Shown in pieces: positions 24,282 through 34,559 of a stretch of DNA of 37,472 nt. The position numbers were made by a program, and so were the translations under genes. Source of the stretch: a virus (lineage: Duplodnaviria; Caudoviricetes); the IMG/VR virus record IMGVR_UViG_3300031965_000088, positions 1-37,472 of that record; one strand, given 5' to 3'. Every line of letters begins with the position of its first letter. Position 1 is the first letter of the stretch. The notes under the pieces were generated by a model, which worked only from the letters and a program-made list of their open reading frames with translations, did not search any database and was not told the DNA's origin.

Positions 24282-27200
24282 CTATTCCCAATCCCACTTA
24301 CCATTTTTATAGTAGTTGTCTAAGTATATTCCGGCTTGAGTAGAGTGCGTGACCGTCCAGTTTAGATTCACGTTACCCCAAGCGTCCAGTTCTGGGTTCT
24401 TCTGCCGGATGGTGTTCTTACTACTGGTTGAACTCGTGCCGTAGTAACTCAGGTAAGCATCTACAAACACCTCGTTGGGAATATGTGTCAATGAGTTAAG
24501 CGGAATATCCAACTCGTTAGCCAGCTTGTAAACTTCGTCATACGCTTCCTTGGACATTACATTCGCCCTACCCCACAGTGCCAGTAAAGCGTTATCCTTG
24601 GGATTGGACGCTAAGTGCTGGTCTAGCTTACTGACGTTTAATTCTGGGTGCTTGGTAATAAACGCTTTCTGTTGGGACGCTGGAAGTGCGTGGTATTCCT
24701 TTAACAGCGCATATTCCTGACGGGTGATAACGCCGTTCTTGTACAGCGTTTCGTAGGTATCACCTTCCGATATGTCGGCGTTTATTTTATACAATGCGGT
24801 ATCGGGAATGTCAGCCATTAAGTCTCTAGCCGTAGCTATCGACACAACTATCGGTGTTACCCCTTGGAGTTTCGCAAGATCGTCAGCCCGTACTCCTGAA
24901 GTGGCCTTTGATATTTCTCCGTATAGAGCCTTGGTAGAATATGTGCTTCCGTCATCCTGCATTTCGCCTAGCTTATCGGAGTACCTAGTCCACGTGTCAG
25001 CCCCGTAAGCCTGAACGCCAGCGCCGAATAAGCCGGGGAACGCAAGGAACGCACCGCCTAATCCGAACTCGTCTATCGCCTCAATCATATCCTGCAAGAA
25101 CAATGGGACTAGCCTATTCCACGCTTGTTCTTTTACGTCGTCAGAATCAAGCGTCATCTCCTGCCCGATCATTGTCTCGCCGTAAAGAAGGTCAACGAAA
25201 AAACCAATACCCGGAGATAATTTGCTTCTAACAAAAGCCTCTAGAACATCCTCGCGGTTGAGTTCCACTATCTTGCCGGTAGTGGTTGTTTTCCTTTCGG
25301 CTGTGATTATCTGTGTAATCGCACGAGCGTATTGCTGGAAGCCAGCCCAGAAGTCAAGCCGGACGTTGCCTATTCTTATCTTGCCGAAGTCTGAACTACG
25401 CGGGTCATCCTCAACGTCAGCTCCAGCCAGCATATACAGCGAAAGTATTACAAGGTTAGCAGAAAAGAATGAGACGATGTTCTTGGCCGCAATCTTCCTT
25501 ACCGCTTTGCTTTCAGAAAACAAACTTAACGGTGTTTTGATGCGCCCTATCTGAAGGCCGGGGGAGAAGAAAGCAGCGTTCAATACTGGCCGCACACCCT
25601 CAATACCTTTTAAGGAACCACGCCCCGTCGCATTGTTGATAAACTCGGCTAATGCCTTGTAATCAACCATTGTCCGGCCAGCGCCTTCCCATATGTTAGC
25701 GTAGTAGTCGAACACATCAGCCCTAAGTTTGTTCAAGTAGGTTACATACGCCCGTTGGGATTGCTTGATACCAGGTATCTTGTCAGCCCACCGGCTCATA
25801 AAGGCTTCTTCGCGCTCATTGAGTGTGGTGCTTTCCTTGGTGCCTATTGGGGCGATATACAGTCCGGCGTTCTCCCGCAACTCTGCGTATTTGCTGGAAC
25901 GAATAAGAGCATTGGTTTCCACTGATACACGCTCACTAACAAAAGCCTTAAGCATCGGGGCTAGAGCCGGTAATGATTGCTTGTACTGCCCGTAGAACAA
26001 AACCGCACCCTGCCGTAACGGCGCAGAAAGATCGAATGAAGCCAATAGCGCACGGGGTAGATTGAGTATGCCCAATATTTCCGTCCATATCTTCTTGGAC
26101 AACGGCCTCATATCTAAGAGAACTTTGGCTAATTCGCTACCAAACATATTTTCCAGTAACTTCAACTCACCATCAGTTGGCAACTGCCCGTTGAGTATCT
26201 TGGTTAAAGCATTGGCGGTATTCAACTTGGTAAAATACGGTAAGTCAGCGTTTTGGATAGAACCGTATAAGCTATTTACGTCCTCTTTGGTCATTTGAGC
26301 GCCCGCCATATCCAGCACGAACTCAGCAGTGGGAAGACTCCCTCTTAGCGCAACCTTGGAACGCTGAAACGCCTCATACCCCTCGCCTGATTTAAGGATG
26401 GTATCGGCGTATTTAACACGCCTTGAAAGTTCCTCAGACTTCAATGCCTTCGTTTCTATCCTTGCCGGGACGGCCAACTGCCACATCCTGATTAGCTTAC
26501 CAACTGCATCCTTGGGTATCTTGTGCTCATCCATTGTAAAGTTGGTATCGGTCATGCCCTGCTTTTTAATCCAAGCCCGATACTCCCTGTCCTTGTACAT
26601 ACGGACAAGTTTATTCACCTTGTTGATGGCCTTTTCAAGATCGTTCCAATCCCGTGCCTTAACAATATCGTCTAGCATTTTATAGTGGACTTCCTTGGGA
26701 AGATGGGTTTTGATATGGTCAACTAATTGCTGTTTGATATTCTCTACCCTGTCTAAAGGATTGGGGAAGAACTCATCGGACGTTGGAGTACCTGGGCCTC
26801 GTCCAGTTCCGGCGTCGCTTTCATCAACTGCCGTTGTTTCCTTGGTAGGCATGGGGGTTCCCTCAACCTGTAAGGATTCCTTACTAGTTGGAGCCGTAAC
26901 ATTTGCTTCTGCCTTGCGCTTCTCTAAGTCTTGTTTATCTTTATTTAGTTTATGCTCTATCCTTACCTTATTGGCTGTGGTTAGCTTGGGCTTGGGGGTT
27001 CGCTTTGCTTTAACGGGTTTTTCAGGAAGCGCAATCATATCCTGAACGCCTTTAGATACAGTGTCGGACATTCTTGTTTTATCACCCTGCGTGATATTCA
27101 TGCCCGCCGCCCAATCAATCACCGCTTGAACTTGTAAACCGAATCTATTAGCCACTATTTCAGCGCCGTTATCATAAAGGGATATGACATCCAATGCGGT

Positions 27201-29903
27201 ATTAGCATCTTCACCCAACATTGTTTCTACTATCGGCGCAGTTGCCACATCTTCCTTTAACCCTGTTGCTACCTCGCCACTCAGTACAGCTTGTGTATGC
27301 GCCTTCTCTGCTAACGGGTCAACATTAACTGTCTCACCGCTTATCAATCCCTCTCTCTGCTCTATCTCCAGTTCGGTCATTGTTATCTCAAGCGCCGTGC
27401 CTACCTCTTCCGGATTGCTTTCAGCCAGTTCATCCATTTTTTCCAGCTTGGCTATGTTCGGGTCAGTACCGTTAGCAATCGCTTCTTCAGCCGCTTGGTT
27501 AACCTGATCCTGTAAGGCGCCAGGAAGGTTCTTGATGGTTCTATCCTGGAAGGTAGTATAGACGTTACCAACGGTAGTAAATCCCCCCGCATAGATAGCG
27601 GCTATGGCTATGGTTAGCTTCATCTCATCGTCAAGTTCAAACGGTTCACCCAACGCCTTGCGTGTTAAGTATTCTTGATAGACTTCTTGGCCTACTTCTA
27701 TGACCGTCACGGCTCCCAATGTGCCAGCGGCTTGCCCCAATCCTTTCGGCGTGATAGACAAGAAACCGCGTGACACCGCCGCTTCGCTTACCGTTAACCC
27801 CTTGGAAGTTCTGGACATAGCCCTGCCCATCGGGAAGAACGCCGCTAGAAACTCAACAGCATTAGTTCCAATCAGCAATTTCATATTGCCGTCAAATACG
27901 GCGTCTGCGCCTTCCTGCGCTTGCTTCTGCTTCTCTATGTCGGTTAGGCTAGTGTCATCCTTTAGCTTATCAAGGATAGCGTCATAGACACCACCTGCTT
28001 CCAACGCTGCCTCAAACGCTAAAGTCAACGGCGCACCTGTAGCGGCACCACCTAACGTAGTGAATAGCGCAGCCTTAAACGGTGATAGACCTAGTGTAGT
28101 AGTTGCGCCAGCGGCAACCGAACCACCAATACCAAACGAAACGGCGCTCACACCAAGCAGTGCCAGCATGGTTACTGAGTTTTCTAATACACCCGTCCAA
28201 ATGTCCTCAAATCCGAAGTTAGCGGGGTCGGTGTCAAATACTTTCAAAGCCAGATTGTTTGAGGCCATGCCCTGTATCTGGTCGGCCATGCTGTTATCAG
28301 AATCTTTATATCTTATTAAGGACGCAATACCTTGGAGAAAGTTACCGTATGCGGTATCAACTTTCCGCATCCACTCCGGCCTTTCCTTTGCCCATGTCAG
28401 CCATTCCTGATACTCGTCCTTCACCCATTGTTCGTCTAAATTATCGGAGTACTTCTTTTCCCAGAACCACCTTGAAGAGTCCATGCCCTTAGCCCAATCA
28501 TTGATAGACTGGTATGGTTCATTAAATAAATACGCCATGCCCGCTTCGTTTATCTCTGGAAACAGATACTTGACTAACGCCTCGCTCTTTTTGTTGCGCC
28601 CCACCTTCTGCATTTCAGACACAAAGGTTGTCATACCCTCTTCATCAAACCTTAACGAGGCGTAAATTGCCATGATGTTATCAGAAGGGAATACCGTCTC
28701 AAGAACGTCCTTAACCTCTTCCCAGAATATAGCCTCAGACTTTATACCGATAGCGTCTGTGCGTTCTTCCTCGGTCATATTGGCAAGGCTTACTATTTCA
28801 GATAAGTCCCAGACTATACCTTCGGGGCTTTCAAACTGGCCGTCCGGCAATACCATCCACCCAGATTCAGTCTTAACAGTAATGCCAATGCCAGCCCTGA
28901 CGTAGTTCCCCCATATGTTGTCGTTAACCATGTCCATGAAGGAATACAAGTCACCGTTAGGAGCCTTGAACATCCACTGGCCTTCGCTCTCCACCATCTT
29001 GAAACCCGGAGGCGTGATAGACATGATGTCTGATAGCTTTTGTTCGATTTCAGAACGGGGAATCATACCCAATGCAGCCGCCTGTTCATCAGACATACCC
29101 GGAGGCGCAATTGGATGCAATCCAGCCCCACTCACTAAATCGCCATCTATATTGAACCACTCGCCACCAGCGTCGGCATAGTCGGGTGATATCTGTTTAA
29201 GCAGCTTTTCCATTTCCGACAACTTGGCGTCAAGCGCTTCCTTGCCATCCAACTGCCACAGGTAAGGAGAACGTGGGTCTATACCCCTTGCCGTGGCAAT
29301 CGCCGCTAAGGTATTGAAGTCGATAGTATTATTAGGATCGTTGGCTATGGTGTCCACTGTTCCAGAAACATCGGTGTCCGGAGGATTGTAAACGGGGGTT
29401 TGTTCTTGCGGAGTAGTGTATGGTTGCGTCCAAGCTGCCGACCAATCGGTCTTTAATTGTTCGGAAAGTCCGAGACTCCCAAACTGCTCACGTATATCAC
29501 CTGAAGGTTTAAAACCAAGACTCAGGGCTATGGTGTTTAGTTGTTCAGAAGTGTATTCGGACTTCATGGACATAGCAGCTAACTGATAAGCAGAGTCGAT
29601 CGAAGGCGCAAAGCCTGATGCATAAGCCCTTGCAGCCACGCCCTGAATGTCTAGCTTATAGCTTCCGGTATTGGAAAAGCCAGACATGAAATCCAGCCGC
29701 CAGTTGGGATCGTTCACATAACCGGGGACGCTCTTGCCCATTGAAGAGAATAGATTAAACTCATCCGGGTCAATGCCTGCTCGTGCCGCCGCCGCTTGCT
29801 CTTTCTTATATTCTTCTGTGTAGTAACTATCATGCTCTTCAGTCCCGTATTTGGGAACCGTGGTTGTACCCACGCTGGAATCACCCTCACTTATACGCAC
29901 CAT
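24282..29903 (-). CDS. Giant internal virion / DNA-ejection protein (1873 aa)
   Basis: Size and position after the portal, central hydrophobic Gly/Ala segments, and C-terminal ASFDLSAPLRQG...IN.ATGRG...DPRSSDFGKI motifs typical of podovirus large internal proteins. Confidence 0.65.
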   Translation of the reverse strand: MVRISEGDSSVGTTTVPKYGTEEHDSYYTEEYKKEQAAAARAGIDPDEFNLFSSMGKSVPGYVNDPNWRLDFMSGFSNTGSYKLDIQGVAARAYASGFAPSIDSAYQLAAMSMKSEYTSEQLNTIALSLGFKPSGDIREQFGSLGLSEQLKTDWSAAWTQPYTTPQEQTPVYNPPDTDVSGTVDTIANDPNNTIDFNTLAAIATARGIDPRSPYLWQLDGKEALDAKLSEMEKLLKQISPDYADAGGEWFNIDGDLVSGAGLHPIAPPGMSDEQAAALGMIPRSEIEQKLSDIMSITPPGFKMVESEGQWMFKAPNGDLYSFMDMVNDNIWGNYVRAGIGITVKTESGWMVLPDGQFESPEGIVWDLSEIVSLANMTEEERTDAIGIKSEAIFWEEVKDVLETVFPSDNIMAIYASLRFDEEGMTTFVSEMQKVGRNKKSEALVKYLFPEINEAGMAYLFNEPYQSINDWAKGMDSSRWFWEKKYSDNLDEQWVKDEYQEWLTWAKERPEWMRKVDTAYGNFLQGIASLIRYKDSDNSMADQIQGMASNNLALKVFDTDPANFGFEDIWTGVLENSVTMLALLGVSAVSFGIGGSVAAGATTTLGLSPFKAALFTTLGGAATGAPLTLAFEAALEAGGVYDAILDKLKDDTSLTDIEKQKQAQEGADAVFDGNMKLLIGTNAVEFLAAFFPMGRAMSRTSKGLTVSEAAVSRGFLSITPKGLGQAAGTLGAVTVIEVGQEVYQEYLTRKALGEPFELDDEMKLTIAIAAIYAGGFTTVGNVYTTFQDRTIKNLPGALQDQVNQAAEEAIANGTDPNIAKLEKMDELAESNPEEVGTALEITMTELEIEQREGLISGETVNVDPLAEKAHTQAVLSGEVATGLKEDVATAPIVETMLGEDANTALDVISLYDNGAEIVANRFGLQVQAVIDWAAGMNITQGDKTRMSDTVSKGVQDMIALPEKPVKAKRTPKPKLTTANKVRIEHKLNKDKQDLEKRKAEANVTAPTSKESLQVEGTPMPTKETTAVDESDAGTGRGPGTPTSDEFFPNPLDRVENIKQQLVDHIKTHLPKEVHYKMLDDIVKARDWNDLEKAINKVNKLVRMYKDREYRAWIKKQGMTDTNFTMDEHKIPKDAVGKLIRMWQLAVPARIETKALKSEELSRRVKYADTILKSGEGYEAFQRSKVALRGSLPTAEFVLDMAGAQMTKEDVNSLYGSIQNADLPYFTKLNTANALTKILNGQLPTDGELKLLENMFGSELAKVLLDMRPLSKKIWTEILGILNLPRALLASFDLSAPLRQGAVLFYGQYKQSLPALAPMLKAFVSERVSVETNALIRSSKYAELRENAGLYIAPIGTKESTTLNEREEAFMSRWADKIPGIKQSQRAYVTYLNKLRADVFDYYANIWEGAGRTMVDYKALAEFINNATGRGSLKGIEGVRPVLNAAFFSPGLQIGRIKTPLSLFSESKAVRKIAAKNIVSFFSANLVILSLYMLAGADVEDDPRSSDFGKIRIGNVRLDFWAGFQQYARAITQIITAERKTTTTGKIVELNREDVLEAFVRSKLSPGIGFFVDLLYGETMIGQEMTLDSDDVKEQAWNRLVPLFLQDMIEAIDEFGLGGAFLAFPGLFGAGVQAYGADTWTRYSDKLGEMQDDGSTYSTKALYGEISKATSGVRADDLAKLQGVTPIVVSIATARDLMADIPDTALYKINADISEGDTYETLYKNGVITRQEYALLKEYHALPASQQKAFITKHPELNVSKLDQHLASNPKDNALLALWGRANVMSKEAYDEVYKLANELDIPLNSLTHIPNEVFVDAYLSYYGTSSTSSKNTIRQKNPELDAWGNVNLNWTVTHSTQAGIYLDNYYKNGKWDWE

Positions 29904-29922
29904 ATCAAATACCTTCTATTTC

Positions 29923-30150
29923 TTAGAGTCCCATTGCTTTCCGGTTAAAGACTTCAGCCATTCTGCCGCCTCCATCTCGTTCTGCCCCGCCAGCAGGTCG
30001 CCCATTGTCTGACACTTTTGAACCCAACTCTTTTTCATTACGCCCTCTCAGTACATCGAGTAATGCCTTCTGCGGTTCTACCTTCTGGTCTTTAACTCCC
30101 AGAACTTCCAGTATCTGACGATTAGCTTCCTCATGCGTTAGCTTGGGCAT
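29923..30150 (-). CDS. Small hypothetical protein (start MPKLTHEE)
   Basis: GGAGG RBS before ATG 30150; overlaps the portal end. Confidence 0.6.
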   Translation of the reverse strand: MPKLTHEEANRQILEVLGVKDQKVEPQKALLDVLRGRNEKELGSKVSDNGRPAGGAERDGGGRMAEVFNRKAMGL

Positions 30151-31801
30151 TTTGTCCTCCGCCTTGTAATAGATTAGGTGCCTGTAAAGGTTCAGGTCTT
30201 TCGGACGCTTGCATGGGCGCAGGTTGAGCGTACATCTGCTTGAGCGCAACCTTCAACCTCTCAAGTATCATCCTTGCCTGAATGTCGTGCATATCGTTTT
30301 CGGATTCGATCTCGTCAATGTGAGAGTGCATCTGCTCGAACATCATAACTTCGGGGAACATTCTCTCAGCGGCTTCCCGTTCCAGCATATTGTCATCCAG
30401 TTCCGGATTAGGTCTGCCAAAGACTTCTTTCATGATGACTCTGTCGGGTAACATACCACGCAGGGATTGCCCCACACTGGCCTTAGTGATCATATCATTC
30501 AAAGACTCGGAGTAGAACTGGAACTTGATATTGTGGTTCTTGAGAAGTTTATCTACCTTGTATTCGTTCCCGTTCACAATAAACTTATTATCGAGATACC
30601 CACCGTCTCTCATGGCTTTGATTTGTTTGATTAGGAGTTTATGCCCACCCTGCATCATAAGGCTCATCGTCTGGAAGCGTGGCACCATGATCGTTTCCTT
30701 AGCTTGATTGAGTTGCATGAGACTCACACCGGATAACGGGAATGTAAGACTGCCGTGTTGAACTGCCGATAGGCCAGCCCGTTGTAAGAAGTCCTCGATC
30801 TTACCAATGAACGCCCGTTGAGCGTTGGTCATATCTCTTTTGGGAACTAACGTATAAGGCGCGTCGGTATTCTCCACCGAACCAGGCACCGGATAATGGT
30901 CGGGAGACGCTTCGTTGCTTCCAGCTTTATGAAGTGCGGGGCGCAAGTCCTCATAGGCTTGAGTTTTCAAAAGGGAAACGCTGAAGTCTATCTCATTGAA
31001 CAAGTATTCCTGCTCGAAGAATATTCCTTCACCCCTATGCTCGATACCCTTCGATGTGGAAAGCGGACTGCCCGTGGCGCAGGCGTGAATGATGAAAGGG
31101 GAGATACCGTAGATGTTCGGGTTTTCCTTCACTAACTGCCCGATGGAGTTTTGCGAACTCAAGTAGCCCAAGTCACCGGAAGATGCGAACACCTTTTCAG
31201 TTTCTTTGTCCCAATAATCACGAACGGCACCAAACTCCCCGTTAATATCGTGGTCATATTCCAGTTTGATGTCATATTTAGAACGCCTTGTTAAAGGTGC
31301 GGCCCAGACTGTTTCTTTCTTAGATGCGCCGTACACCAGATTGCGTCTCTCAAGCGCCCTCAGTTCGCAGTTAAGGGTAGTACCGTCGTCGGTATAGGGA
31401 AGATACTGAGCGCAAGCCCAACCCTGAAGGAAGATGTTGTAGAAGTTATTCTGGAGAAAGCCCCATTTGGCCTGATTGAATAAAATAAAATCAGCGTCCT
31501 CAAGGCAATCTACGAAGAACTTCTTAATGTATTCCTGTTCTTTAGCGGTGACACCCTCGACGATGATGTTTAGTTTCATACCCATAGCAAGTTCTGTCAG
31601 CTTCTTCAGAAAGAGCCTTGCTTCTGGAATGTGGATATTGAATACGCCGGACTCTTCGCTGTTGGTTCCCACGGCCTTACCGTCCCACCTGACCATTTGG
31701 TAGGTATCTTTCTCCACAAGATTGATATGTCGGTCGATTCTAGAGAAGAGTGAGTTGTCCTCGTTCTCCGCCAGTTGAATTAAGCCAGTTACATCTTCCA
31801 T
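30131..31801 (-). CDS. Portal protein
   Basis: 556 aa directly after TerL. N.YGISPF, G..IF, G......SG and a Gln-rich tail. GAGGT RBS. Confidence 0.75.
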   Translation of the reverse strand: MEDVTGLIQLAENEDNSLFSRIDRHINLVEKDTYQMVRWDGKAVGTNSEESGVFNIHIPEARLFLKKLTELAMGMKLNIIVEGVTAKEQEYIKKFFVDCLEDADFILFNQAKWGFLQNNFYNIFLQGWACAQYLPYTDDGTTLNCELRALERRNLVYGASKKETVWAAPLTRRSKYDIKLEYDHDINGEFGAVRDYWDKETEKVFASSGDLGYLSSQNSIGQLVKENPNIYGISPFIIHACATGSPLSTSKGIEHRGEGIFFEQEYLFNEIDFSVSLLKTQAYEDLRPALHKAGSNEASPDHYPVPGSVENTDAPYTLVPKRDMTNAQRAFIGKIEDFLQRAGLSAVQHGSLTFPLSGVSLMQLNQAKETIMVPRFQTMSLMMQGGHKLLIKQIKAMRDGGYLDNKFIVNGNEYKVDKLLKNHNIKFQFYSESLNDMITKASVGQSLRGMLPDRVIMKEVFGRPNPELDDNMLEREAAERMFPEVMMFEQMHSHIDEIESENDMHDIQARMILERLKVALKQMYAQPAPMQASERPEPLQAPNLLQGGGQNAQANA

Positions 31802-31810
31802 CTTAACCTC

Positions 31811-34114
31811 TTAAAATACCCTGTATCGTCTTGTGCTAAGTCCTGTTTTGGTCATGTGAGCATAATACCTTCGAGCGTCCATCATATGGCTCCACTGATG
31901 AGTCGTGTCGTTGGTTTGAATGTACTTGTTGGCGATCTTGTCGTACTTCTTCACGAAGCGATAGTTCCGTTGCTCTTTAATGGAGTCCAAAGAACTTTCC
32001 GTCCAATAATGCTTATACCGTTTACAAGCATCTATACCCATCTGAACCGAGTCCTTGCCCTTCACCACGGGTAGGACATTCCACCCGGCTTTCTTGAGGT
32101 AATCCACAGCGCCAGGATTATTGGAGTCAGCCCAGATCGGAAGCCCGTGCTTAGCCAGCCCTAGTTCGGTGAGACGTGCGTCAATCTGGTCGGCGTTTAA
32201 GTTCTTGTCATAGATTAGCTGATGGCCGTAGAGTCCGTTGTCCTTAATGCAGAACTTCCCAAGAGCTGTAACATCTGTCCAGCCGAAGTCCAACCCGTAC
32301 CCGATAGTACCCTCTTTAGGGAACTCATTGTCGTAGATGATTTCGTAATCCGGAAAGACAAGACCGTCTGACTCGCCCAATTGCCCGAGGCCGTAAACCT
32401 TCCAGAGATTAGGGTCGGTTGTTTTATAGGCTTCGATCTTCTCAACAATGTCGGAGTCAAGCACTCCTATTTCGGTGGCGTCCTTATACGTCGAGTGGAT
32501 AAACGTATTATCGTCAGCGTCTATCATGCCGTATTCATGCACCCAGAACTCACTTGTAGGGTTCCAGTCCAGAAAGACGAACTTAGAAGTACGCATGTCC
32601 GCCTGAGAAAATAACTCGTACGGTATAGCGTTACACTCGTTGATGAATAGAATATCCCGCCTTGGGCCAGCGAACTTACCCGGACTATCGCACGGCACAA
32701 ACTCAAGAATAGCCTTACCGAAATCGTAAATAAAATCCGACCGGTTCCAGCAAGAGTCTATAAACGCCTCGCCCATGATCTTCTTGAACGTGTCTATGCA
32801 ACCCCTCTTCAAGTGAGGTAAACTCTCAGACGCTACCGTAACCCGTATGTTTTCCTTAGCGTACTCGCATATCACAATGAGCAGTTGCATGATTGACCAG
32901 GTATTATGCGTGACAGTAAAATCTTCCAACAGGAATAGGTGGTCGCCGGTTATCTCAAACCCAAAGTATTCACCTTGCCCCATCGGTTCCACATCAAACG
33001 ATGAAACCAACCTGCGTGGTAGTGGTTTGTTTTTAATGCGCTTGCGTTCGAGTAGGCACGGCACATCGCCTATGCCATCACCAGTAAACTCAATTCTATA
33101 ACACGGTGTCTGGTAAATACTCCCGTCCTTACGCTTCATCTTCGCTGTGTAAGAATTGAATGTCGTATAGAAACCCAACGAGCGCGTCAAAAGAACAATG
33201 TCTTCCGCTAGTTTCTTATTGGTTATTGTAATTCCAACGGAGTTCTTACCAGTATTAAAACCGTCCGAATCAATCAGTCCAGCCAACACGCCGAGTCTTA
33301 TCTCTCTTGAATTGTTAAGGTACTCATGAGGTATGTGCTTATCTTCTAGTATGCCGTACTTCCTCAACCTGCCACGTAAGGGATTAGTCTTACCGCTAGT
33401 CTTGGTAAGTGTATGACCGTATGGGTCGCTCTTCGCTTTGGAGTATTTCAAATCGTTCCGTAAAGCGAACCACTTGAGATAGTCTATTACCTCGTGGTCG
33501 GAATTAGTGACAGCGGTATCGCCAGTAGTCCCATCCCCAAGCCACAACCCCACAAAGTACGGTTCTATATCCACCTTCCGGTACTTCAATTCTACACACG
33601 GCGCTTTCCAACCCTTGTGTCGGCGCTTCCACTTTCCACTCTTTTGCAGATAGTCTTGCAAGGATATATTCACAAGTTCGTGGGAATTGGTATGCCCGAT
33701 ATAAACTCTTTTTTGCTTATATGGTTCACCTTCTGCTCTTGGCAAAGTAACAGACTTGCGTACTTCTTTCCAGTTCTCCCGCAACGAAAGTATATGGTTC
33801 GACGATACTACGTAGTCTATCCCACGGGCTTGTTTGATCTTGTATAAATCATCTAATCCAGAATACAACTTCAAAACAATCCTCGGAGTACCATCCACTC
33901 CCATGAGCTTGTCACCAACACGTATATCCTCTACACACTTCAAAGTCATATCGTGCATGACAATCTTAGTGCCACGCCCAAGACACTTGGTCGAAGAAGT
34001 TCCACCTTGGTTCAAAGCGCGTTTCTTACCCACGGTACGGAACGCCTCAAGGTTATCCGTAAACACACGGGAACACTTGCCGATGGATAACTTCTTCTGC
34101 TCTGCTACTACCAA
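31811..34114 (-). CDS. terL: Terminase large subunit (PBSX-like) containing an intein
   Basis: Spliced Walker A QGGTSSTK|T, RRDILFINE, DWNP, GLDFGW, WADS and HMMDARRY. TTG start is uncertain. Confidence 0.93.
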   Translation of the reverse strand: MVVAEQKKLSIGKCSRVFTDNLEAFRTVGKKRALNQGGTSSTKCLGRGTKIVMHDMTLKCVEDIRVGDKLMGVDGTPRIVLKLYSGLDDLYKIKQARGIDYVVSSNHILSLRENWKEVRKSVTLPRAEGEPYKQKRVYIGHTNSHELVNISLQDYLQKSGKWKRRHKGWKAPCVELKYRKVDIEPYFVGLWLGDGTTGDTAVTNSDHEVIDYLKWFALRNDLKYSKAKSDPYGHTLTKTSGKTNPLRGRLRKYGILEDKHIPHEYLNNSREIRLGVLAGLIDSDGFNTGKNSVGITITNKKLAEDIVLLTRSLGFYTTFNSYTAKMKRKDGSIYQTPCYRIEFTGDGIGDVPCLLERKRIKNKPLPRRLVSSFDVEPMGQGEYFGFEITGDHLFLLEDFTVTHNTWSIMQLLIVICEYAKENIRVTVASESLPHLKRGCIDTFKKIMGEAFIDSCWNRSDFIYDFGKAILEFVPCDSPGKFAGPRRDILFINECNAIPYELFSQADMRTSKFVFLDWNPTSEFWVHEYGMIDADDNTFIHSTYKDATEIGVLDSDIVEKIEAYKTTDPNLWKVYGLGQLGESDGLVFPDYEIIYDNEFPKEGTIGYGLDFGWTDVTALGKFCIKDNGLYGHQLIYDKNLNADQIDARLTELGLAKHGLPIWADSNNPGAVDYLKKAGWNVLPVVKGKDSVQMGIDACKRYKHYWTESSLDSIKEQRNYRFVKKYDKIANKYIQTNDTTHQWSHMMDARRYYAHMTKTGLSTRRYRVF
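32903..33985 (-). mobile_element. Intein with LAGLIDADG homing endonuclease (361 aa, TerL residues 44-404)
   Basis: N-terminal CLGRGT, block B SSNHIL, YFVGLWLGDG and LAGLIDSDG, C-terminal YFGFEI.GDHLFLLEDFTVTHN followed by Thr. Confidence 0.95.
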
Positions 34115-34276
34115 CTACTTATTCCAACTCCAAGTCTGAAACTCCCCGTCGTCGCTAATCAGCTTATACCCGCACTCGAAACAAGTCCCTTCATCCACAC
34201 TATACCCTCCGCAGTTCGGGCAGATGTTAGCGTCAATCACCACGTGTTCTAGTTCGTCGCCACGTACTCGTCCCAT
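34115..34276 (-). CDS. Small Zn-ribbon protein (CPNCGG...CFECGY, 53 aa), in frame with terL
   Basis: Translated manually. GAGGGA RBS. Its TAG is immediately followed by the terL TTG. Confidence 0.65.
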   Translation of the reverse strand: MGRVRGDELEHVVIDANICPNCGGYSVDEGTCFECGYKLISDDGEFQTWSWNK

Positions 34277-34404
34277 AATTCCCTCAACAGTTCCTTAAAA
34301 TACCGAGGACAATGGGTTATCTGAAACGCCTGATGCCCTAACCTCGCATTGTGGTAGCACCAGGTATACAAAGCAGCGTCGATCTGGTCTCTCTGCGTAA
34401 TCAC
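34249..34404 (-). CDS. Small hypothetical protein (51 aa, MITQRDQID...)
   Basis: Translated manually. GTG follows the -10 box after an 8-nt gap (near-leaderless). Confidence 0.4.
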   Translation of the reverse strand: MITQRDQIDAALYTWCYHNARLGHQAFQITHCPRYFKELLRELWDEYVATN

Positions 34405-34412
34405 TTAAGTAA

Positions 34413-34441
34413 AACCTATCACCCCCTTAGTAAACTGTCAA
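34413..34441 (-). promoter_or_regulatory. Late-type promoter TTGACA-17-TAGGTT (ext. TG) upstream of terL
   Basis: ATTGACAGTTT family, followed by TTACTTAAGT. Confidence 0.7.
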
Positions 34442-34559
34442 TCACTCCGTCAACCATGTCACAACACATCCATCAACACCCATCATTTCTCAGCCTAACA
34501 ATTCATAACATACGTTATAAAACACCTGAATCCTTAATCTTCTGTTCGTAAAAATACCG

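Noticed and set aside
22833-29181. Many long + strand ORFs opposite the capsid, scaffold and ejection genes
   Set aside because: Antisense shadows from codon bias, with no RBS or recognisable motifs.
31890-31905. CTGATGAG hammerhead-like core word
   Set aside because: Lies antisense within terL coding sequence with no flanking stems or properly placed GAAA.
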